Source of the DNA: an uncultured Clostridia bacterium | GTDB taxonomy: Bacteria > Acidobacteriota > Aminicenantia > UBA2199 | Assembly (NCBI GenBank): GCA_964400545.1 | Contig: CAYNUG010000001.1 | Span: 2,394 to 66,393, forward strand | Length of the DNA stretch: 64,000 bases | Direction of reading: 5' to 3' | Shown here: in pieces, positions 53,990 to 63,643 of the stretch | Position numbering within the stretch: the stretch's first letter is position 1 | How the letters are laid out: each line of letters opens with the position of its first letter | Made by a program: the position numbers and the translations under genes | Notes under the pieces: model-generated | Told to the model about the DNA's origin: nothing | Databases searched by the model: none | Seen by the model: only the letters and a program-made list of their open reading frames with translations

Positions 53990-56284
53990 ATGGCAATAAA
54001 TCTGATAATAAACGGTTGCCCTCTCGAGATATTCGATGGGGCAACCATAGGAGACGCCATAAGGAAATTCTCTCCTGATACACTTTCTGATGTTGAGCAG
54101 GGAAGATCCGAAGTCAGGGATTTGGACGGCAACTTGTACTACCTTAGCGGAGAACTGACCGGAGGAGAAGTATTTGGAATTGAAAAAAAATCACAATCGG
54201 AGAAAAATATGGATCAATCAAAACACTCACTGATTACTATAGTTTTAATAGCATTATCTCTCATACTTCTTGGAACATTCCTGATCAGGGCAGATAGTGA
54301 AGAAACAACAATCACCATATTTCATCTTAATGATATACACGGAACTATCAAAAATATGGGGAAAATCACTTCAATTGTTGAAACAGAAAAAGCAAATAAT
54401 CCGAATGTATTCCTTATGGAGGCAGGAGATAATTTCAGTGGAAATCCGGTTGTCGATCAGTATGATCCTAAGGGCGAGCCCATATTGGTATTGATGAATA
54501 AAATGAAGTTTGATGTGGGAGTATTAGGTAATCACGATTTTGATTTCGGGAAAAAGATATTAAAAAGATTTATGAAGAAAGCAAATTTTCCGATCTTATG
54601 CTGTAATGTAAAAAGCAATGATCCCGACTTCCCTCAGCCTGAACCTTATACAGTATTAAAAACCGAGAACGGAATTGATCTGGTTATTCTCGGATTGATC
54701 CAAACAGAAGCACATTCGGGAATTCCCAGCACGCTTCCTGCTAACGTTAAAGATCTTAGATTTTTTAAAGGAACTGAATTTGCTTTAAAATACAAATATT
54801 TGAAAAAAGATAACAATATCTTCATTGCCCTCAGCCATCTCGGATTTGGAAAAGACAAGGAACTTGCTGCCAACATGAAGGAACTTGACTTGATAATTGG
54901 TGGTCACTCTCACACACTGATTGAGAACCCCGCGTTTGAGAACGGAGTACTAATTGCACAGGCCGGGGCACATGCAGACTACCTTGGCAGAATCGATATT
55001 GTGGTCAAAAATGGTAAAATAATAAGCAGGAAGGGCTCTGTTATTGATCTTCATAAAGTAAAAACAAGTAACAAAGAAATTGATAAACTTGTTACAGATT
55101 TCAACAGCGAAAGTTCTCTGAACAATGTCCTTACCGTGATCGACACCACTATCACCGGAAGAAACGACCTGGGTCTAATGGTCACTGATGCTGTTCGTGA
55201 GGACCTTGGCCTCGACATGATCTTCTACAATAAAGGAGGGATCAGGATAAACAGATTATCCGGTAAGGTCAGGGCCAAAGATATTTACTCTATGCATCCT
55301 TTCGGGAACTATATCGTTGAGATATTGATGGATACTTCGGAAATAAAAAACCTTATCAAAAATGATTATGAAAGTCACAGGGGACTCGATATAATCCCTT
55401 CGGGACTAACCTACAGAGTAACCAGAGATCTGAACAAAAAAGTTATTAAAGTTGAATTATTCGATCTTAACGGATACAGGTTGCCGGACAACAGAAAATT
55501 CAGGGTCGGACTCAACAACTATATCGTAAGTTCTTATAATTTCACACATAAAGATCCGGGGAAATCTACAAATGCGAAAACAGTGGATATTATGCTCAGA
55601 TTCTTTTCTAACCTGAAAAAGAAATTGAATTACTCTGATGTAGTAAGAGCCGAAGAAAAAATCGTCTATTCAGGGAATGTTAAAACTTTGGGTGTAACGG
55701 AAACGGATATTTTTGCAGCAAAGAAAACATTCTATAAAAACTCCCCATCCGGAAATCTTATAACAGATGCGATGAGGGTTCAAACAAGTTCTGATCTGGC
55801 GTTATTCCCGACCAGGCTTTTAAGAGAAGGATTGATCATACAAAAAGGAAAAAAGATATACAAAGAGGTACTTCCCGATCTTTACAGTTTCATAAAACAA
55901 AGCAAAGTTATAAAGATCACACTTACCGGGAAGCAATTAAAAGATTTCATATTTAAAAGGACCGGACAGAAGAACAATATAGACCTTCAGATATCGGGAG
56001 CATCATACTCCGTCCTTTATGATAAGGAAAATAAGGTTTGTAATGTAGAATTTAGTTTATCCACAGATCCGATCTTCAGTGAAGCAAAATCCTACAGCAT
56101 TGCCATGATCGAATATGAATTCAGGAATTTCTATAAATTGAAAAAATTAACCGCCAAACCTGAAAGGGTAAAGAAAGGACTTGAGGATATTTTGTCAGAA
56201 TATATCATGGCTAAAAAGATCATCACAGAACAAATAGCAATACCAAGGATCCTATTAAAAAAACAAGTGAAAGCGAGGAGGTAA
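53990..56284 (+). CDS. membrane-anchored 5'-nucleotidase / metallophosphoesterase (UshA-like)
   Basis: Motifs LNDIHG, GDNFSGN, GNHDFDFG and GGHSH, plus a C-terminal 5'-nucleotidase domain and TM LITIVLIALSLILLGTFLI. The alternative start ATG 54209 has GGAG 6 nt upstream. Confidence 0.8.
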   Translation: MAINLIINGCPLEIFDGATIGDAIRKFSPDTLSDVEQGRSEVRDLDGNLYYLSGELTGGEVFGIEKKSQSEKNMDQSKHSLITIVLIALSLILLGTFLIRADSEETTITIFHLNDIHGTIKNMGKITSIVETEKANNPNVFLMEAGDNFSGNPVVDQYDPKGEPILVLMNKMKFDVGVLGNHDFDFGKKILKRFMKKANFPILCCNVKSNDPDFPQPEPYTVLKTENGIDLVILGLIQTEAHSGIPSTLPANVKDLRFFKGTEFALKYKYLKKDNNIFIALSHLGFGKDKELAANMKELDLIIGGHSHTLIENPAFENGVLIAQAGAHADYLGRIDIVVKNGKIISRKGSVIDLHKVKTSNKEIDKLVTDFNSESSLNNVLTVIDTTITGRNDLGLMVTDAVREDLGLDMIFYNKGGIRINRLSGKVRAKDIYSMHPFGNYIVEILMDTSEIKNLIKNDYESHRGLDIIPSGLTYRVTRDLNKKVIKVELFDLNGYRLPDNRKFRVGLNNYIVSSYNFTHKDPGKSTNAKTVDIMLRFFSNLKKKLNYSDVVRAEEKIVYSGNVKTLGVTETDIFAAKKTFYKNSPSGNLITDAMRVQTSSDLALFPTRLLREGLIIQKGKKIYKEVLPDLYSFIKQSKVIKITLTGKQLKDFIFKRTGQKNNIDLQISGASYSVLYDKENKVCNVEFSLSTDPIFSEAKSYSIAMIEYEFRNFYKLKKLTAKPERVKKGLEDILSEYIMAKKIITEQIAIPRILLKKQVKARR

Positions 56285-56286
56285 AA

Positions 56287-56856
56287 TTGGCTCAACTATA
56301 CTACAGACACTCAACAATGAACGCCGGGAAATCAACAGAAGTATTGAAAATAGCACACAATTATGAAGAACAGAATAAAAAAGTTCTCCTCTTTACACCT
56401 TCAATTGACGACAGGTACGGAGAGGGAAAGATCACATCAAGAATGGGTTTCCAGCGTGAAGCAATAATGATCAAATCGGATACAGATATTTATGCAATCG
56501 CCGAGAAAGAGAGTCCTTTTTGTATTCTCATTGATGAAGGACAATTCCTTAACCGCCAGCAGGTGATCACGCTGACAAAAATAGTTGATGAACTTAATAT
56601 ACCCGTAATTGTTTACGGGCTTAAGAACGATTACAGGAACCAATTATTTCCGGGAAGCGAAGCACTTCTCCTCCTTGCAGATAAGATAGAGGAAGTGAAA
56701 ACAGTATGCTGGTATTGTACAAGAAAGGCAACCATGCTTATAAAATTCAAGGATGGAAAGCCTGTCAACAAAGGTGAGCAGATAGAGATCGGTGGAAACG
56801 ATAAGTACACTTCTGTATGTAGAAAATGCTATTCTGCCAGATTACCGATCATTTAA
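56287..56856 (+). CDS. tdk: thymidine kinase
   Basis: 189 aa from a TTG start, with P-loop MNAGKSTE, ILIDEGQF, and the zinc ribbon CWYC...CRKCY. Confidence 0.9.
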   Translation: MAQLYYRHSTMNAGKSTEVLKIAHNYEEQNKKVLLFTPSIDDRYGEGKITSRMGFQREAIMIKSDTDIYAIAEKESPFCILIDEGQFLNRQQVITLTKIVDELNIPVIVYGLKNDYRNQLFPGSEALLLLADKIEEVKTVCWYCTRKATMLIKFKDGKPVNKGEQIEIGGNDKYTSVCRKCYSARLPII

Positions 56857-56921
56857 ACAGTTAATAACCCTTATCGAACTTGAAAATAGTATAATAAAGT
56901 TGTAAAGTCATATAATAAAAA

Positions 56922-57560
56922 ATGGAAAACAATAAGCCGCTGGTAATTGGTGTAGCCGGAGGGAGTGGATCCGGGAAGACCACGATCATTAATTCGATAA
57001 TAGAAAAGATCAATCCTTTTGATGTGGTAACACTTCAGCATGATTCCTACTATAAGAACAACAATCATCTTCCTCTACTCGAAAGAGAGAATATTAATTA
57101 CGACCATCCTGATTCGCTAGAAACAGATCTTTTAGTTTCAAATCTGGAAGGTCTATTGGAATGGAAAGAAATCGAAACACCGATCTATGATTTCAAAACC
57201 CATTCAAGAAAAAAAAAGGGACTGATAAAGAAACCAGCCGAAGTAGTGATAGTTGACGGTATCCTGATATTTGTTGAGGAAAGATTAAGAGAACTTATGG
57301 ATGTAAAGATATTCGTGAACACCGATAGCGATATAAGGTTCATAAGAAGATTGAAAAGGGATATGATCGAAAGGAACAGAAGTCTTGACTCTGTAATAAA
57401 TCAATATCTGGCAACAGTAAAACCTATGCATCTCGCTTTTGTTCAACCCAGCCGTAGATTTGCAGATATCATTATTCCAGAGGGAAAAAGTCCTATCTCA
57501 ACAGCAATGGTTGTAAATCTTATAGAAAGCCATTTAAAAAAAGGTCAGAAAAAGAACTGA
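56922..57560 (+). CDS. udk: uridine kinase
   Basis: 212 aa with P-loop VIGVAGGSGSGKTT, HDSYY and VIVDGILIF. Confidence 0.9.
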   Translation: MENNKPLVIGVAGGSGSGKTTIINSIIEKINPFDVVTLQHDSYYKNNNHLPLLERENINYDHPDSLETDLLVSNLEGLLEWKEIETPIYDFKTHSRKKKGLIKKPAEVVIVDGILIFVEERLRELMDVKIFVNTDSDIRFIRRLKRDMIERNRSLDSVINQYLATVKPMHLAFVQPSRRFADIIIPEGKSPISTAMVVNLIESHLKKGQKKN

Positions 57561-57566
57561 AGGCTT

Positions 57567-58163
57567 ATGTCTGGAGAATTTGTTATGGTAGAAAAAGAAT
57601 TTATAAGTGCACAGCAGTTGTTGGAAGATTCTTTCCGGCTTGGCATTAAGATCCTCGAGAGTGGTTTTAGACCAAACTACATTGTCGGGATCTGGAGAGG
57701 CGGCACTCCCGTAGGAATAGCCGTTCAGGAATTGTTGGATTATTTTGGAATAAAAACAGACCATATCGCAATAAGAACATCATCCTATGAAGGGATCGGC
57801 AAAAGAAAAAAAGAGATCAGGGTTCACGGTCTGGATTATATCTCAAACAGTATCAATTACGATGATAATCTGCTGATCGTTGATGATGTATTCGATACAG
57901 GGTTAAGCATTGAAGGAGTTTTAAATTCTCTCAAAGCGAAAGCCAGAAGGAACACTCCCAAAGATATAAGGATCGCAACATCCTATTACAAACCGGACAA
58001 CAAAAAAACTGACTTCAAACCAGATTATTATATTCATGAAACATCCAACTGGCTTATTTTTCCGCATGAACTTGATGGATTATCAAAAGATGAGATCGAA
58101 AAATATAAACCAAATGTTTCAAAACTAATTAAGGCGGTAAACAAAAATGGAAATAACACGTAA
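57567..58163 (+). CDS. purine phosphoribosyltransferase-family protein
   Basis: 198 aa with the PRPP-binding loop LLIVDDVFDTGLS. Base specificity cannot be determined from sequence. Confidence 0.6.
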   Translation: MSGEFVMVEKEFISAQQLLEDSFRLGIKILESGFRPNYIVGIWRGGTPVGIAVQELLDYFGIKTDHIAIRTSSYEGIGKRKKEIRVHGLDYISNSINYDDNLLIVDDVFDTGLSIEGVLNSLKAKARRNTPKDIRIATSYYKPDNKKTDFKPDYYIHETSNWLIFPHELDGLSKDEIEKYKPNVSKLIKAVNKNGNNT

Positions 58164-59361
58164 ATTTATAGAAAAGATACCAAAAACTGATTTGCATCTT
58201 CATTTAGACGGTTCTTTGAGATTGGAAACACTTATTGAACTTGCCGATGATGCAGGTATAGAACTTCCGGCCAAGACTGTCGAAGGTCTGAAAAAAACTG
58301 TTTTTAAAGATAAGTACAATAACCTTGGAGAATATCTGAAGGGGTTTTTCTATACTGGCTCAGTAATGCAGACAGCAGATTCTCTTGAACGAATATCTTA
58401 CGAACTCGCTCTGGATAACATCAACGAAGGAGTTAAATATATAGAGGTCAGGTTTGCACCGCAATTACATCAGAATGATGATCTCGGTATAATCGATGTC
58501 CTAAAAGCAGTTAACAAAGGGTTGAAAAAAGCTCAGACAGAATTCAATGATCGCAAAGAGATAGGTTCCGGTACAGAACCGCCTTTCGAATACGGAATAA
58601 TCTCCTGTGCAATGAGAATGTTTGATTACGGATTTTCCAAATATTTCGATGATCTGCTGAACGTTCACAAATATTCTGACAGAAAATGGATATTCTCATT
58701 AGCTTCACAGGAACTCGTAAGAGCTTCAGTAGATGCCAGGGATAATCATGACATTCCGGTTGTCGGATTTGATCTGGCTGGAATGGAAAAGGGATATCCT
58801 GCTGTTGATCATAAATATGCATACAACCTCGCACACAAAAGTTTTCTGAAAAAAACTGTCCATGCCGGGGAAGCTTACGGGCCTGAAAGTATTTTTCAAG
58901 CAATAACCGAACTACATGCTGACAGGATCGGACATGGGCTTCATCTGTTTGATGCGAACATTATCAAGAATGATGACATAATTGATAAAGAGGATTATGT
59001 AAACGATCTTGCCCAGTACATTGCTGACAGGAGAATCACAATCGAAGTTTGTCTTACTTCAAATATGCAGACGAATCCTAAATACAAAACTCTCGAAGAC
59101 CATCCTTTCAGAAAAATGAAAGATGCACGATTATCTCTGACCTTTTGCACGGACAACAGAACCGTATCATCAACAACGGTAACTGATGAGATATTTAAAG
59201 CTGTCAACACATTCGATATTTCTCATAAGGATCTCAGAGACATAGTCGTATACGGCTTTAAAAGGAGCTTCTTTCCGGGATCATACCTGAAGAAAAGACG
59301 ATATGTAAGAAGGATCCTCAATTATTATGATGAAATTGAAAAAGAATTCGGACTAAAATAA
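58147..59361 (+). CDS. add: adenosine deaminase
   Basis: 404 aa with PKTDLHLHLDGS, VHAGEAYG, and FCTDNRTVS. Overlaps the upstream gene by 17 nt. Confidence 0.85.
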   Translation: MEITRKFIEKIPKTDLHLHLDGSLRLETLIELADDAGIELPAKTVEGLKKTVFKDKYNNLGEYLKGFFYTGSVMQTADSLERISYELALDNINEGVKYIEVRFAPQLHQNDDLGIIDVLKAVNKGLKKAQTEFNDRKEIGSGTEPPFEYGIISCAMRMFDYGFSKYFDDLLNVHKYSDRKWIFSLASQELVRASVDARDNHDIPVVGFDLAGMEKGYPAVDHKYAYNLAHKSFLKKTVHAGEAYGPESIFQAITELHADRIGHGLHLFDANIIKNDDIIDKEDYVNDLAQYIADRRITIEVCLTSNMQTNPKYKTLEDHPFRKMKDARLSLTFCTDNRTVSSTTVTDEIFKAVNTFDISHKDLRDIVVYGFKRSFFPGSYLKKRRYVRRILNYYDEIEKEFGLK

Positions 59362-59383
59362 CACTACTTACAAAAGGAGTATT

Positions 59384-60736
59384 ATGGAATTGATAACCAT
59401 ACTGAGAGGATTGGCAGGAGTCATTTTTATTCTGGGAATTACATTTTTATTTTCGAACAATAAAAAAAAGATCAATTGGAGACTCGTGGGAACAGGACTT
59501 TCCATACAGTTGATATTTGCTGTTTTTATCATTCACGGTGAAACATTCAGATCCTGGTTCTTTATCCTGGGGTGGCCAAAAGATATGCTCAACTGGTTCG
59601 GGGGAGTAGTGGTTAAGATCCTCAGTTTTATTGCCGAAGGGTCTCAGTTCGTATTCGGATCTCTTGCAGTAAGTCCGGGAAGTAATGGCAGTTTGGGATT
59701 CTTTTTTGCATTTCAGGTTCTACCGACAATAATATTTTTTGCTTCTTTAACAGCTGTATTGTATTACACGGGTGTGCTTCAGATGATCGTAAAATGGATG
59801 GCATTTATTATGGCAAAACTACTCGGCACAAGTGGAGCAGAATCATTATCCAATACAGCAAATATTTTTATAGGGCAAACGGAAGCTCCGATCCTCATAA
59901 GACCTTATATTAATTCAATGACAAATTCAGAACTCCTTACAATAATGATAGGCGGGATGGCGACAGTAGCGGGGGGTGTTATGGCCAGCTACATTCAAAT
60001 GTTGGGTCATGCAATGTCAGTGGCAAAAGGTATCCCTTTAAATGAGGCACAATTGGGATTTGCCATCCATCTTATTACAGCCAGCGTAATGGCTGCACCG
60101 GCTTCGATCGTTATAGCAAAAATGCTTCACCCCGAAACAAAAGTTCCTGTAACACTCGGAAAAGTTACAATGGAAGTTGAGAAAAATGGTTCCAATGTTA
60201 TCGAAGCTGCGGCAAACGGTGCATCTGACGGACTTAAACTGGCACTGAATGTCGGGGGAATGCTGATTGTTTTTATAGCTTTCATCTATTTGTTCAATTA
60301 TCTGTTCCATAGTTTCGGTGACATCATCGGGATCAATGCATGGCTTACTGCAAAATTCGGACAACCATTATCTATGCAACTTATTATGGGACTTCCATTA
60401 AAATATCTGGCAATAGGTATCGGTGTTCCTACCCAGGATGCATTCGACTTCGGGAGACTATTCGGAACGAAGATCGTTCTTAATGAATTTGTTGCTTATC
60501 TGGATCTTGTAAAAATAATAAAAGCTAATGCAATGAGCGCAAAGGGTATAACAATGGCCACTTTCGCACTTTGTGGTTTTGCAAACTTTTCATCAATTGC
60601 TATCCAGCTTGGAGGTATTGCACCCCTTGCTCCTGGCAGAAAAAAGGACATAGCCGCTCTCGGTCTGAAATCTGTTCTCGGGGGAGGATTGGTAACACTC
60701 CTCACTGCTACACTTGCCGGTGTTCTTATCTGGTAG
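59384..60736 (+). CDS. nupC: NupC-family concentrative nucleoside transporter
   Basis: 450 aa, polytopic, with IFIGQTEAP, MATVAGGVMASY, and CGFANFSSIAIQLGGI. Confidence 0.85.
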   Translation: MELITILRGLAGVIFILGITFLFSNNKKKINWRLVGTGLSIQLIFAVFIIHGETFRSWFFILGWPKDMLNWFGGVVVKILSFIAEGSQFVFGSLAVSPGSNGSLGFFFAFQVLPTIIFFASLTAVLYYTGVLQMIVKWMAFIMAKLLGTSGAESLSNTANIFIGQTEAPILIRPYINSMTNSELLTIMIGGMATVAGGVMASYIQMLGHAMSVAKGIPLNEAQLGFAIHLITASVMAAPASIVIAKMLHPETKVPVTLGKVTMEVEKNGSNVIEAAANGASDGLKLALNVGGMLIVFIAFIYLFNYLFHSFGDIIGINAWLTAKFGQPLSMQLIMGLPLKYLAIGIGVPTQDAFDFGRLFGTKIVLNEFVAYLDLVKIIKANAMSAKGITMATFALCGFANFSSIAIQLGGIAPLAPGRKKDIAALGLKSVLGGGLVTLLTATLAGVLIW

Positions 60737-60777
60737 AACTATAAAGTTCCTTAAATTCATATATAGCAGCACCTCTA

Positions 60778-60806
60778 TTGAAATATTTTCTTCTATACTT
60801 TAAAAT
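60778..60806 (+). promoter_or_regulatory. sigma-70-like promoter candidate for the BMC locus
   Basis: TTGAAA (60778-60783), 17-nt spacer, TAAAAT (60801-60806), 60 nt upstream of ATG 60866. Lies in the only sizeable gap (129 nt) of the 53-64 kb array. Confidence 0.4.
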
Positions 60807-60865
60807 AATCTGATGTCGGGGAGTTGTTATCTCTTTTTTATGAGCAGCCGGAAATATAAAATATA

Positions 60866-62272
60866 ATGGAGACAAAAATAAACAGCAAGATCGCGATCGG
60901 AGCCGATCATGGAGGATTCCCTCTTAAAGAGGTCCTTAAAAGTTTCCTTGAAGAAAAAGGATATCAGATCATTGACTGCGGGACAAACAGTACTGATCCG
61001 GTAGATTATCCGGTATACGCAACCAAAGTGGCAACACTTTTATCCAATTCCGAAGTTGATATCGGTATCATGATTGATGGTGCCGGGATCGGATCGTCCA
61101 TGGTTGCCAATAAGATAAACGGAGTCAGAGCAGCTCAATGTTATGATGTAACAACGGCAGTGAATGCAAGGGAACACAATAATGCAAACCTTCTTACCCT
61201 TGGAGCGGGACTAACCGGAACTGAACTAGCAAAAAAAATTGCAGAGGCTTTCCTGACCCACGAATGCACAATAGACCGCCATATAAATAGGGTGGCAATG
61301 ATTGATGCCCTTGACAATGACAAGACATCCATGGGAGGTCCAGGAGATCCTGTCGGGGAGGATAATTTGGAAGCTATTACAGAAAAAGATATCGATCAGA
61401 TCGCAGAAAAAGTAAGATCAATAATCTCTTCAGAAAATAATATTTCTGAGACTAAAGTAAATGAGGACCCGGAAAGAGAAATGATATGCCAATGCGGAGT
61501 TCATGTAGAGAGGAAACCGGAAACATTGAGAAAATTCATAGAATTTGGTGTTGCCAGGCTCGGTTATAACGATGCCATCGGAGTGGAGTGCGTCCCGGAA
61601 GACATTGCAGCTTGTATCGACCATACGCTGCTTAAACCTGAGGCTACAGTTGATGATATTAAAAAATTATGCGCAGAAGCCAAGGAATACAAATTTGCCG
61701 CCGTCTGTATAAGCCCTAGTTATGTGGCTCTCGCTTCACGTGAACTTACAGGAAGCAATGTTATAGTATGTACTGTGGTCGGATTTCCATCTGGAGCACA
61801 CGTTTCAGATATCAAGGGAATGGAAACAAGAAGAGCAATAAGAGATGGAGCTAAAGAAATTGATATGGTTATCAATATAGGTGCCCTGAAGAGTAATAAT
61901 GACGATCTGGTATACAAAGATATAAGGACAGTATGTGAAGCTTGCGAGGATGGAGGAGCACACAGTAAAGTGATAATCGAAGCCGCACTTCTTACGGACG
62001 ATGAGAAGGTCAGGGCCTGTCAATTGGCAAAAAAAGCAAGAGCGGACTTTGTAAAAACATCAACCGGATTCGGGCCACACGGGGCAACAGCAGCTGATGT
62101 CGAACTAATGAGCAGTATTGTAAGGGAATCGGGGATTGGTGTTAAAGCTGCGGGTGGGATCAGATCGCTTGAGGACGCTGCAGCGATGATCAATGCAGGT
62201 GCAACCCGAATAGGAGCCAGTGCCGGAATAAAGATTCTAAAAGCCGCAGGTGGAATAACAGTTTCATCCTGA
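60866..62272 (+). CDS. fusion protein: RpiB/LacAB-type sugar-phosphate isomerase + deoxyribose-phosphate aldolase (DeoC)
   Basis: 468 aa. The N-domain has [10 protein letters not shown]...[17 protein letters not shown]...[16 protein letters not shown] linker of about 85 aa follows. The C-domain has [18 protein letters not shown] and [10 protein letters not shown] (Lys codon 62054-62056). Confidence 0.85.
   Translation: METKINSKIAIGADHGGFPLKEVLKSFLEEKGYQIIDCGTNSTDPVDYPVYATKVATLLSNSEVDIGIMIDGAGIGSSMVANKINGVRAAQCYDVTTAVNAREHNNANLLTLGAGLTGTELAKKIAEAFLTHECTIDRHINRVAMIDALDNDKTSMGGPGDPVGEDNLEAITEKDIDQIAEKVRSIISSENNISETKVNEDPEREMICQCGVHVERKPETLRKFIEFGVARLGYNDAIGVECVPEDIAACIDHTLLKPEATVDDIKKLCAEAKEYKFAAVCISPSYVALASRELTGSNVIVCTVVGFPSGAHVSDIKGMETRRAIRDGAKEIDMVINIGALKSNNDDLVYKDIRTVCEACEDGGAHSKVIIEAALLTDDEKVRACQLAKKARADFVKTSTGFGPHGATAADVELMSSIVRESGIGVKAAGGIRSLEDAAAMINAGATRIGASAGIKILKAAGGITVSS
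61385..61426 (+). other. candidate internal encapsulation peptide (amphipathic helix) in the RpiB-DeoC linker
   Basis: [14 protein letters not shown]. It matches EEIDRIAERVVSLL of the AldDH N-terminus at 7 of 14 positions, with conservative changes at 5 more. Confidence 0.45.
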
Positions 62273-62285
62273 TAAGGAGGATAAT

Positions 62286-62909
62286 TTGGTCGATCTGAGA
62301 GCATACGTTTTTTTAGATAAGATCCAACCCCAGTATGCAGCATTTCTGGGAACAATTGCACAGGGATTCTTACCTGTTGCAGGAATGTCTTCACTTTATA
62401 TCGAGATCTCACCCGGAATAGAGATCAACAGGGTTACTGATATCGCATTAAAATCTACAAATGTCACACCGGGCATGCAGATCGTTGAAAGGTTGTACGG
62501 AATGCTTGAGATTCACTCTGCATCCCAGGCCGATGTCAGGCAGGCCGGAAGAGCGATCCTTGAAGCTCTGGATATCAAAGAAGAGGAAAGGTGGAAACCC
62601 AAGATCTATTCACAGCAGGTTATCAGAAGAATAGATGATTATCAGACACAATTAATAAATAGAATGAGACACGGCAACATGATTGTCCCCGGAGAGACAA
62701 TGTTCGTTCTGGAAGTCCAACCCGCAGCCTATGCAGCACTTGCTGCAAATGAAGCAGAAAAAGCTGCATCCATTAATATCCTGGAAGTAAGATCCTTCGG
62801 TAGTTTCGGAAGAGTATATCTCGGTGGGGATGAGAGAGATATTGATGTCGGATGGAGAGCGGCTGTAAATGCGATCGAAGATGTGACAGGAAAAACAGAT
62901 CATAAGTGA
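62286..62909 (+). CDS. tandem BMC-domain shell protein (BMC-T-like)
   Basis: 207 aa from a TTG start 4 nt after AGGAGG (62275-62280). Two halves each carry a BMC-like core: [24 protein letters not shown]...[13 protein letters not shown] and [29 protein letters not shown]...[12 protein letters not shown]. Subtype undetermined. Confidence 0.6.
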   Translation: MVDLRAYVFLDKIQPQYAAFLGTIAQGFLPVAGMSSLYIEISPGIEINRVTDIALKSTNVTPGMQIVERLYGMLEIHSASQADVRQAGRAILEALDIKEEERWKPKIYSQQVIRRIDDYQTQLINRMRHGNMIVPGETMFVLEVQPAAYAALAANEAEKAASINILEVRSFGSFGRVYLGGDERDIDVGWRAAVNAIEDVTGKTDHK

Positions 62910-62940
62910 TCAAATATATAATATTAAACAGGAGGAAAAA

Positions 62941-63249
62941 ATGGCAGATGCACTGGGAATGATAGAAACGAGGAATTTTCCCGCAGTAGTAGAAGCAGCG
63001 GATGCGATGGTAAAAGCTGCAAAAGTGGAATTAGTATCATATGAAAAAACTGGCGGCGGATATGTGACAGCAATAATCCGTGGAGATGTGGCAGCGGTAA
63101 AAGCTGCCTGTGACGCAGGGAGAATTGGTGCAGCCAGGGTCGGGGAAGTTGTTGCGATCCATATCATTGCAAGGCCTCATCAAAATGTTGATGCTGTTAT
63201 ACCGCTGGGAAGAACTAAAGAAGGAAAGTCTGAAATGAAGGACAAGTAA
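62941..63249 (+). CDS. BMC-H hexameric shell protein (PduA/EutM/CcmK-like)
   Basis: 102 aa: [56 protein letters not shown]...HIIARPH. AGGAGG RBS. Confidence 0.9.
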   Translation: MADALGMIETRNFPAVVEAADAMVKAAKVELVSYEKTGGGYVTAIIRGDVAAVKAACDAGRIGAARVGEVVAIHIIARPHQNVDAVIPLGRTKEGKSEMKDK

Positions 63250-63264
63250 CCTTTTGGAGAAGAC

Positions 63265-63564
63265 ATGATCCTCGCAAAAGTTATCGGCACTGTAGTATCA
63301 ACCCAAAAAGAGTCCACAATGGATGGGCTTAAACTCCTGCTCCTTCAGCAGATAGATTCAGAAGGAAAGGAAAAAGGGAATACCGTTGTTGCGGCAGATG
63401 CAGTTGATGCCGGTGTAGGTGAGATCGTCCTGTATGCAAGCGGAAGTTCAGCCAGACAGACAAAAAGAACTGATAATCGCCCATGTGATGCAGTAGTTAT
63501 GGCCATTGTAGATAATTGGGAAGTTAATGGAAAGATCGTTTATAAAAAAGGTGCGGACGGCTGA
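63265..63564 (+). CDS. BMC-P pentameric vertex protein (EutN/CcmL/PduN-like)
   Basis: 99 aa: MILAKVIGTVVSTQKESTMDGLKLLLLQ...VAADAVDAGVGEIVLYASGSSAR. Confidence 0.85.
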   Translation: MILAKVIGTVVSTQKESTMDGLKLLLLQQIDSEGKEKGNTVVAADAVDAGVGEIVLYASGSSARQTKRTDNRPCDAVVMAIVDNWEVNGKIVYKKGADG

Positions 63565-63643
63565 AGAAATCCAGGATCAGGGGGAAAAAGATTTACTCCA
63601 TTAAACTCCCTGTTCCCGGGACCACATCTTCCAGGAGATCAGA

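Noticed and set aside
60807-60865. A riboswitch or leader peptide (MSSRKYKI) in the BMC operon leader
   Set aside because: The leader is about 60 nt, too short for known riboswitch classes. The 8-codon ORF has no correctly spaced RBS.
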